From contig NEEC01000304.1 of assembly GCA_002189035.1 (NCBI GenBank), positions 1 through 14,865 of the forward strand: 14,865 bases of DNA, in the 5' to 3' direction. The notes below the pieces were generated by a model that ran no database searches, was not told the origin of the DNA, and saw only the letters and a list, made by a program, of their open reading frames with translations. The stretch is from Utricularia gibba. Taxonomy: Eukaryota > Plantae > Magnoliophyta. Shown piece after piece: positions 1 to 8,874 of this stretch. How positions within the stretch are numbered: the first letter of the stretch is position 1; each line of letters begins with the position of its first letter. The translations under genes and the position numbers were made by a program.

Positions 1-1444
1 AAAACGAGAAGCGGTTCCTTGAAAAACCATGTAGGCAGCCCCGAAAACCGAACGATAATAAATACATCACTTTATTTGCCGGACTACAACTAACTCTCGT
101 GCAAGCCAAACCTTACCTTTGTCCCGTTCCAGGTGCACCCAAAGACCGCTGCTCAAGTATAAAGTAAGTTGTTGAAAAAATCATGTGGGGTGCACGTGAT
201 ATCGCAATTTAAACAAATGCAACATTGTATTCATCGATTTGCATCCTTTTGTCCTCATGAGCCATAAAGAATCGCGGGCCCGGACCAAGTTCCTAGCGAG
301 ACTGGCCGCCACAAAACGAGAAGCTGTTCCTTGAAAAACCATGTAGGCAACACCGAAAACCGAACGTTAATAAATACATCACTTTCTTTGCCGGGCTACA
401 ACTTACTTTGGGCCAAGGCCTAAGCTGATCTTTTTCCGGTTCCAAGTGCCCAAAGACCGCCTTCTCAAGTATAAAGTAAGTTGTTGAAAAAATCATGTGG
501 GGTGCACGTGACATCATAATTTAAACAAATGGATCATTTTTTTTAATCGATTTGCATCCAGTTGACCTCATGAGCCATACAGAATCGGGGTCAAGGACCA
601 AGTTCCCAGCGAGACTGGCCGCCACAAACGAGAAGCGGTTCCTTGAAAAACCATGTAGGCAGCCCCCGAAAACCGAACGATAATAAATACATCACTTTAT
701 TTGCCGGACTACAACTAACTCTCGTGCAAGCCAAACCTTACCTTTGTCCCGTTCCAGGTGCACCCAAAGACCGCCTGCTCAAGTATAAAGTAAGTTGTTG
801 AAAAAATCATGTGGGGTGCACGTGATATCGCAATTTAAACAAATGCAACATTGTATTCATCGATTTGCATCCTTTTGTCCTCATGAGCCATAAAGAATCG
901 CGGCCCGGACCAAGTTCCTAGCGAGACTGGCCGCCACAAAACGAGAAGCTGTTCCTTGAAAAACCATGTAGGCAACACCGAAAACCGAACGTTAATAAAT
1001 ACATCACTTTCTTTGCCGGGCTACAACTTACTTTGGGCCAAGGCCTAAGCTGATCTTTTTCCGGTTCCAAGTGCACCCAAAGACCGCCTTCTCAAGTATA
1101 AAGTAAGTTGTTGAAAAAATCATGTGGGGTGCACGTGACATCATAATTTAAACAAATGGATCATTTTTTTTAATCGATTTGCATCCAGTTGACCTCATGA
1201 GCCATACAGAATCGGGGTCAAGGACCAAGTTCCCAGCGAGACTGGCCGCCACAAACGAGAAGCGGTTCCTGAAAAACCATGTAGGCAGCCCCCGAAAACC
1301 GAACGATAATAAATACATCACTTTATTTGCCGGACTACAACTAACTCTCGTGCAAGCCAAACCTTACCTTTGTCCCGTTCCAGGTGCACCCAAAGACCGC
1401 CTGCTCAAGTATAAAGTAAGTTGTTGAAAAAATCATGTGGGGTG

Positions 1445-1758
1445 CACGTGATATCGCAATTTAAACAAATGCAACATTGTATTCATCGATTTGCATCCTT
1501 TTGTCCTCATGAGCCATAAAGAATCGCGGGCCCGGACCAAGTTCCTAGCGAGACTGGCCGCCACAAAACGAGAAGCTGTTCCTTGAAAAACCATGTAGGC
1601 AACACCGAAAACCGAACGTTAATAAATACATCACTTTCTTTGCCGGGCTACAACTTACTTTGGGCCAAGGCCTAAGCTGATCTTTTTCCGGTTCCAAGTG
1701 CACCCAAAGACCGCCTTCTCAAGTATAAAGTAAGTTGTTGAAAAAATCATGTGGGGTG
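1445..1758 (+). repeat. Representative type-A monomer (314 bp)
   Basis: Diagnostic A alleles: CACGTGATATCGC, GCAACATTGTATTC, GAATCGCGGGCCCGG, GGCAACACCG, AACGTT, ACTTACTTTGGGCCAAGGCCTAAGCTGATC, GCCTTCTC. It carries A-only GATATC, GGGCCC, AACGTT and AGGCCT sites. Confidence 0.97.
1650..1738. repeat. Perfect 12-bp inverted repeat in A monomers (example copy)
   Basis: ACAACTTACTTT (1650-1661) is the exact reverse complement of AAAGTAAGTTGT (1727-1738), with a 65-bp spacer. B monomers have ACAACTAACTCT (10/12). Confidence 0.9.
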
Positions 1759-1765
1759 CACGTGA
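1718..1765 (+). other. 48-bp block identical in A and B monomers (example copy; once per monomer)
   Basis: CTCAAGTATAAAGTAAGTTGTTGAAAAAATCATGTGGGGTGCACGTGA is the longest stretch with no A/B difference. It contains TATAAAG, GTAAGT, an A6 tract and overlapping GTGCAC/CACGTG palindromes. Confidence 0.9.
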
Positions 1766-1766
1766 C
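1759..1766 (-). promoter_or_regulatory. E-box/G-box motif RTCACGTG, once per monomer (example copy); binding not demonstrated
   Basis: The + strand reads CACGTGAC in B and CACGTGAT in A, so the minus strand reads GTCACGTG or ATCACGTG. This is the known bHLH-ZIP (USF/TFE/Cbf1-type) site consensus. The motif is certain; its function is speculative. Confidence 0.35.
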
Positions 1767-2073
1767 ATCATAATTTAAACAAATGGATCATTTTTTTTAA
1801 TCGATTTGCATCCAGTTGACCTCATGAGCCATACAGAATCGGGGTCAAGGACCAAGTTCCCAGCGAGACTGGCCGCCACAAAACGAGAAGCGGTTCCTTG
1901 AAAAACCATGTAGGCAGCCCCGAAAACCGAACGATAATAAATACATCACTTTATTTGCCGGACTACAACTAACTCTCGGTGCAAGCCAAACCTTACCTTT
2001 GTCCCGTTCCAGGTGCACCCAAAGACCGCCTGCTCAAGTATAAAGTAAGTTGTTGAAAAAATCATGTGGGGTG
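1759..2073 (+). repeat. Representative type-B monomer (315 bp)
   Basis: Diagnostic B alleles: CACGTGACATCAT, GGATCA(T)7-9AATCG, CCAGTTGACC, GAATCGGGGTCAAGG, GGCAGCCCC(C)G, AACGAT, ACTAACTCTCG(G)TGCAAGCCAAACCTTACC, GCCTGCTC. It aligns to A essentially without gaps, with about 38 substitutions. Confidence 0.97.
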
Positions 2074-5000
2074 CACGTGATATCGCAATTTAAACAAATG
2101 CAACATTGTATTCATCGATTTGCATCCTTTTGTCCTCATGAGCCATAAAGAATCGCGGGCCCGGACCAAGTTCCTAGCGAGACTGGCCGCCACAAAACGA
2201 GAAGCTGTTCCTTGAAAAACCATGTAGGCAACACCGAAAACCGAACGTTAATAAATACATCACTTTCTTTGCCGGGCTACAACTTACTTTGGGCCAAGGC
2301 CTAAGCTGATCTTTTTCCGGTTCCAAGTGCACCCAAAGACCGCCTTCTCAAGTATAAAGTAAGTTGTTGAAAAAATCATGTGGGGTGCACGTGACATCAT
2401 AATTTAAACAAATGGATCATTTTTTTTAATCGATTTGCATCCAGTTGACCTCATGAGCCATACAGAATCGGGGTCAAGGACCAAGTTCCCAGCGAGACTG
2501 GCCGCCACAAAACGAGAAGCGGTTCCTTGAAAAACCATGTAGGCAGCCCCCGAAAACCGAACGATAATAAATACATCACTTTATTTGCCGGACTACAACT
2601 AACTCTCGGCAAGCCTAACCTACCTTTTCCGTTCCAAGTGCCCCCAAGACCGCCTCCTCAAGTATAAAGTAGTTTGTTAAAAAAATCATGTGGGGTGCAC
2701 GTGATATCGCAATTTAAACAAATGCAACATTTTCATCGATTTGCATCCTTTTGTCCTCATGAGCCATAAAGAATCGCGGGCCCGGACCAAGTTCCTAGCG
2801 AGACTGGCCGCCACAAAACGAGAAGCTGTTCCTTGAAAAACCATGTAGGCAACACCGAAAACCGAACGTTAATAAATACATCACTTTCTTTGCCGGGCTA
2901 CAACTTACTTTGGGCCAAGGCCTAAGCTGATCTTTTTCCGGTTCCAAGTGCCCCCCAAGACCGCCTCCTCAGTATAAAGTAGTTGTTAAAAAAATCATGT
3001 GGGGTGCACGTGACATCATAATTTAAACAAATGCATCATTTTTTTTAATCGATTTGCATCCAGTTGACCTCATGAGCCATACAGAATCGGGGTCAAGGAC
3101 CAAGTTCCCAGCGAGACTGGCCGCCACAAACGAGAAGCGGTTCCTTGAAAAACCATGTAGGCAGCCCCCGAAAACCGAACGATAATAAATACATCACTTT
3201 ATTTGCCGGACTACAACTAACTCTCGGTGCAAGCCAAACCTTACCTTTGTCCCGTTCCAGGTGCCCCAAAGACCGCCTCTCAAGTATAAAGTAAGTTGTT
3301 AAAAAATCATGTGGGGTGCACGTGATATCGCAATTTAAACAAATGCAACATTGTATTCATCGATTTGCATCCTTTTGTCCTCATGAGCCATAAAGAATCG
3401 CGGGCCCGGACCAAGTTCCTAGCGAGACTGGCCGCCACAAAACGAGAAGCTGTTCCTTGAAAAACCATGTAGGCAACACCGAAAACCGAACGTTAATAAA
3501 TACATCACTTTCTTTGCCGGGCTACAACTTACTTTGGGCCAAGGCCTAAGCTGATCTTTTTCCGGTTCCAAGTGCACCCAAAGACCGCCTTCTCAAGTAT
3601 AAAGTAAGTTGTTGAAAAAATCATGTGGGGTGCACGTGACATCATAATTTAAACAAATGGATCATTTTTTTTAATCGATTTGCATCCAGTTGACCTCATG
3701 AGCCATACAGAATCGGGGTCAAGGACCAAGTTCCCAGCGAGACTGGCCGCCAAAACGAGAAGCGGTTCCTTGAAAAACCATGTAGGCAGCCCCCGAAAAC
3801 CGAACGATAATAAATACATCACTTTATTTGCCGGACTACAACTTACTTTGGGCAAGCCTAAGCTGACCCTTTTTCCGTTCCAAGTGCCCCCAAAGACCGC
3901 CTCCTCAAGTATAAAGTAAGTTTAAAAAATCATGTGGGGTGCACGTGATATCGCAATTTAAACAAATGCAACAAATCGATTTGCATCCTTTTGTCCTCAT
4001 GAGCCATAAAGAATCGCGGGCCCGGACCAAGTTCCTAGCGAGACTGGCCGCCACAAAACGAGAAGCTGTTCCTTGAAAAACCATGTAGGCAACACCGAAA
4101 ACCGAACGTTAATAAATACATCACTTTCTTTGCCGGGCTACAACTTACTTTGGGCCAAGGCCTAAGCTGATCTTTTTCCGGTTCCAAGTGCCCCAAAGAC
4201 CGCCTTCTCAAGTATAAAGTAAGTTGTTGAAAAAATCATGTGGGGTGCACGTGACATCATAATTTAAACAAATGGATCATTTTTTTTTAATCGATTTGCA
4301 TCCAGTTGACCTCATGAGCCATACAGAATCGGGGTCAAGGACCAAGTTCCCAGCGAGACTGGCCGCCACAAACGAGAAGCGGTTCCTTGAAAAACCATGT
4401 AGGCAGCCCCCGAAAACCGAACGATAATAAATACATCACTTTATTTGCCGGACTACAACTAACTCTCGTGCAAGCCAAACCTTACCTTTGTCCCGTTCCA
4501 GGTGCACCCAAAGACCGCCTGCTCAAGTATAAAGTAAGTTGTTGAAAAAATCATGTGGGGTGCACGTGATATCGCAATTTAAACAAATGCAACATTGTAT
4601 TCATCGATTTGCATCCTTTTGTCCTCATGAGCCATAAAGAATCGCGGGCCCGGACCAAGTTCCTAGCGAGACTGGCCGCCACAAAACGAGAAGCTGTTCC
4701 TGAAAAACCATGTAGGCAACACGAAAACCGAACGTTAATAAATACATCACTTTCTTTGCCGGGCTACAACTTACTTTGGGCCAAGGCCTAAGCTGATCTT
4801 TTTTCCGGTTCCAAGTGCACCCAAAGACCGCCTTCTCAAGTATAAAGTAAGTTGTTGAAAAAATCATGTGGGGTGCACGTGACATCATAATTTAAACAAA
4901 TGGATCATTTTTTTTAATCGATTTGCATCCAGTTGACCTCATGAGCCATACAGAATCGGGGTCAAGGACCAAGTTCCCAGCGAGACTGGCCGCCACAAAA

Positions 5001-6030
5001 CGAGAAGCGGTTCCTTGAAAAACCATGTAGGCAGCCCCCGAAAACCGAACGATAATAAATACATCACTTTATTTGCCGGACTACAACTAACTCTCGTGCA
5101 AGCCAAACCTTACCTTTGTCCCGTTCCAGGTGCACCCAAAGACCGCCTGCTCAAGTATAAAGTAAGTTGTTGAAAAAATCATGTGGGTGCACGTGATATC
5201 GCAATTTAAACAAATGCAACATTGTATCATCGATTTGCATCCTTTTGTCCTCATGAGCCATAAAGAATCGCGGGCCCGGACCAAGTTCCTAGCGAGACTG
5301 GCCGCCACAAAACGAGAAGCTGTTCCTTGAAAAACCATGTAGGCAACACCGAAAACCGAACGTTAATAAATACATCACTTTCTTTGCGGCTACAACTTAC
5401 TTTGGGCCAAGCCTAAGCTGATCTTTTTCCGGTTCCAAGTGCACCCAAAGACCGCCTTCTCAAGTATAAAGTAAGTTGTTGAAAAAATCATGTGGGGGCA
5501 CGTGACATCAATTTAAACAAATGGATCATTTTTTTAATCGATTTGCATCCAGTTGACCTCATGAGCCATACAGAATCGGGTCAAGGACCAAGTTCCCAGC
5601 GAGACTGGCCGCCACAAAACGAGAAGCGGTTCCTTGAAAAACCATGTAGGCACCCCGAAAACCGAACGATAATAAATACATCACTTTATTTGCCGGACTA
5701 CAACTTACTTGGGCCAAGGCCTAAGCTGACCTTTTTCCGTTCCAAGTGCCCCCCAAGACCGCCTCTCAGTATAAAGTAAGTTTGAAAAAATCATGTGGGG
5801 TGCACGTGATATCGAATTTAAACAAATGCATTTTTTTTATCGATTTGCATCCTTTGTCCTCATGAGCCATAAAGAATCGCGGGCCCGGACCAAGTTCCTA
5901 GCGAGACTGGCGCCACAAAACGAGAAGCTGTTCCTTGAAAAACCATGTAGGCAACACCGAAAACCGAACGTTAATAAATATACATCACTTTCTTTGCCGG
6001 GCTACAACTTACTTTGGGCCAAGGCCTAAG

Positions 6031-6619
6031 CTGATTTTTCTTTGCCCCAAGACCGCCTTCAGTATAAAGTAGTTGTTAAAAAAATCATGGTTCCAAGTGC
6101 ATCCCATGAGCCATACAGAATCGGGGTCAAGGACCAAGTTCCCAGCGAGACTGGCCGCCACAAAACGAGAAGCGGTTCCTTGAAAAACCATGTAGGCAGC
6201 CCCCGAAAAAACCGTAAGTTGTTGAGTGCACCCAAAATCTCATGTGTTGTTGAAAAAATCATGTGGGGTGCACGTGACGCATTTAAACAAATGCAACATT
6301 TAATCGATTTGCAATGAGCCATAAAGGATCATGGCCGCCACAAAACGAGAAGCTTTTTTTAATCGCCGGGCTACAACTTTGGGCCAAGGCCTAAGCTGAT
6401 CTTTTCCGGTTCCAAGTTGACCTGACATGATCATTTTTTTTTAATCGCCCATTGACCTCAGAGCCATAAGAATCGGGGTCAGCGAGGACCGAGAAGCTTC
6501 CCAGCAACACCGAGACGTGCCGGGCCGGGCCAAGGCCTAAGCTGACTTTTTCCGGTTCCAAGTGCCCCAAAGACCGCCTCTCAAGTATAAAGTAAGTTGT
6601 TAAAAAATCATGTGGGGTG
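6031..6619 (+). repeat. Scrambled/compressed satellite segment made of short shuffled A and B fragments
   Basis: Only fragments of monomer motifs occur (e.g. CATGG|TTCCAAGTGC|ATCC|CATGAGCCATAC at ~6086-6115; ATGATCATTTTTTTTTAATCG at ~6428-6447). Pieces of roughly five monomers occupy the 817 bp between anchors 5803 and 6620. Confidence 0.85.
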
Positions 6620-7499
6620 CACGTGACATCTAATTTAAACAAATGATCATTTTTTTAATCGATTTGCATCCAGTTGACCTCATGAGCCATACAGAATCGG
6701 GGTCAAGGACCAAGTTCCCAGCGAGACTGGCCGCCCAAAACGAGAAGCGGTTCCTTGAAAAACCATGTAGGCAGCCCCCGAAAACCGAACGATAATAAAT
6801 ACATCACTTTATTTGCCGGACTACAACTAACTCTCGGTGCAAGCCAAACCTTACCTTTTCCCGTTCCAGGTGCACCCAAAGACCGCCTGCTCAAGTATAA
6901 AGTAAGTTGTTGAAAAAATCATGTGGGGTGCACGTGATATCGCAATTTAAACAAATGCAACATTGTATTCATCGATTTGCATCCTTTTGTCCTCATGAGC
7001 CATAAAGAATCGCGGGCCCGGACCAAGTTCCTAGCGAGACTGGCCGCCACAAAACGAGAAGCTGTTCCTTGAAAAACCATGTAGGCAACACCGAAAACCG
7101 AACGTTAATAAATACATCACTTTCTTTGCCGGGCTACAACTTACTTTGGGCCAAGGCCTAAGCTGATCTTTTTCCGGTTCCAAGTGCACCCAAAGACCGC
7201 CTTCTCAAGTATAAAGTAAGTTGTTGAAAAAATCATGTGGGGTGCACGTGACATCATAATTTAAACAAATGATCATTTTTTTAATCGATTTGCATCCAGT
7301 TGACCTCATGAGCCATACAGAATCGGGGTCAAGGACCAAGTTCCCAGCGAGACTGGCCGCCACAAAACGAGAAGCGGTTCCTTGAAAAACCATGTAGGCA
7401 GCCCCCGAAAACCGAACGATAATAAATACATCACTTTATTTGCCGGACTACAACTAACTTTGGGCAAGCCAAAACCTTTTTCCGTTCCAAGTGCCCCCA
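6620..7499 (+). repeat. Short regular block (B-A-B)
   Basis: Anchors at 6620 (B), 6931 (A) and 7245 (B), spaced 311 and 314 bp. Confidence 0.93.
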
Positions 7500-8874
7500 A
7501 GACCGCCTCCTCATGTATAAAGTATGATTCTTAAAAAAATCATGGTCAAGGACACGTTCCCAGACGAGACTGGCCGCCACAAACGAGAAGCGGTTGTATG
7601 AAAAACCATGTATTTAATCAGATTTGATCATCCATTTGACCTCATGAGCCATAAGAGAATCGCGAATACATCAAGTTATTTGCCGGACTACAACTAACTG
7701 TGCAAGCCACAAATACGCTTTGAAGCCCGTTCCAAACGTGCACCCAGACAACCTGCCGAAAACCGAACGTTAATAAATACATCACTTTCTTTGCCGGGCT
7801 ACAACTTACTTTGGGCCAAGGCCTAAGCTGATCTTTTTCCGGTTCCAAGTGCACCCAAAGACCGCCTCTCAAGTATAAAGTAAGTTGTTGAAAAAATCAT
7901 GTGGGGTGCACGTGATATCGCATTTAAACAAATGATTGTTTTCATCGATCGCATTACCTTTTCATGAGCCATACCTGGCCCGGATACAGAGTTCGGGTAG
8001 CGAGACTGGCCGCCACAAAACGAGAAGCTGTTCCTTGAAAAACCATGTAGGCAACACCGAAAACCGAACGTTAATAAATACATCACTTTCTTTGCCGGGC
8101 TACAACTTACTTTGGGCCAAGGCCTAAGCTGATCTTTTTCCGGTTCCAAGTGCACCCAAAGACCGCCTTCTCAAGTATAAAGTAAGTTGTTGAAAAAATC
8201 ATGTGGGGTGGCAGCCCCCATAACCGAAACGATAATAAATACATCACTTTATTTGCCGGACTACAACTAACTCTCGGTGCAAGCCAAACCTTACCTTTGT
8301 CCCGTTCCAGGTGCACCCAAAGACCGCCTGCTCAAGTATAAAGTAAGTTGTTGAAAAAATCATGTGGGGTGCACGTGATATCGCAATTTAAACAAATGCA
8401 TCATCATTTTTTTATACAGAATCGGGGTTTGCAGGGCCTTTCCTGTCCTCATGAGCCATAAAGAAGTCGCGGTTCCCGGACCAAGTTCCTAGCGAGCACT
8501 GGCCCCCAGAAAACGAGAAGCGAACGATAATAAATACATCACTTTATTTGCCGGACTACAACTAACTCTCGTGCAAGCCAAACCTTACCTTTGTCCCGTT
8601 CCAGGTGCACCCAAAGACCGCCTGCTCAAGTATAAAGTAAGTTGTTGAAAAAATCATGTGGGGTGCACGTGATATCGCAATTTAAACAAATGCAACATTG
8701 TATTCATCGATTTGCATCCTTTTGTCCTCATGAGCCATAAAGAATACATCACTTTCTTTGCCGGGCTACAACTTACTTTGGGCCAAGGCCTAAGCTGATC
8801 TTTTTCGGTTCCAAGTGCACCCAAAGACCGCCTTCTCAAGTATAAAGTAAGTTGTTGAAAAAATCATGTGGGTG
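7500..8874 (+). repeat. Rearranged satellite segment with phase slips, chimeric and internally deleted monomers
   Basis: Scrambled sequence at ~7510-7760. An A second half is followed by an A start (7909), which is degenerate at 7920-8000. There is a B half-monomer at 8211, an A/B chimera joined at 8520/8521, and an A monomer with a ~103-bp deletion joined at 8745/8746. Confidence 0.88.

Larger units (their letters stand above)
1..6030 (+). repeat. Regular block 1: strict A/B alternation
   Basis: 19 consecutive CACGTG anchors (193 to 5803) alternate A,B,A,B without a phase slip. Differences are mainly homopolymer-length indels plus a few mosaic units. Confidence 0.95.

Noticed and set aside
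340-512. Budding-yeast point centromere (CDEI RTCACGTG plus CCGAAA resembling CDEIII)
   Set aside because: There is no ~80-bp >90% AT CDEII. CCGAAA is on the opposite strand from CDEI, about 150 bp away, and lacks the TGTTT..TTTCCGAAA context. Point centromeres are single copy.
660-680. CENP-B-box-like pieces in B monomers (CCCGAAAACCGAA; TCCCGTTCCA)
   Set aside because: The reverse-complement core needs CCCG-NNTNNNN-CGAA (7-nt spacer). Here the spacer is 5 nt with no T, and the second candidate lacks CGAA.
1671-1675. Telomere-like CCTAA (TTAGG on minus strand)
   Set aside because: It is a single pentamer per A monomer and is never tandemly repeated.
1690-1701. tRNA/SINE B-box-like GGTTCCAAGTG
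   Set aside because: It mismatches GGTTCGANNCC at key positions. There is no A-box at a suitable distance and no cloverleaf. I also see no similarity to 5S or other rRNA.
1424-1737. Phased A-tracts implying intrinsic curvature
   Set aside because: A/T tracts are present (A6, A5, A4, T4-T8), but by eye they do not fall on a consistent ~10.5-bp period. A curvature calculation would be needed.
1724-1766. Pol II promoter or spliced-leader/snRNA gene array (TATAAAG followed by GTAAGT donor-like hexamer)
   Set aside because: The two motifs overlap. There is no downstream Sm site (RAU4-6GR), no initiator-like sequence ~25-30 bp after the TATA, and no recognisable leader exon. Short AT-rich motifs like these are expected by chance.
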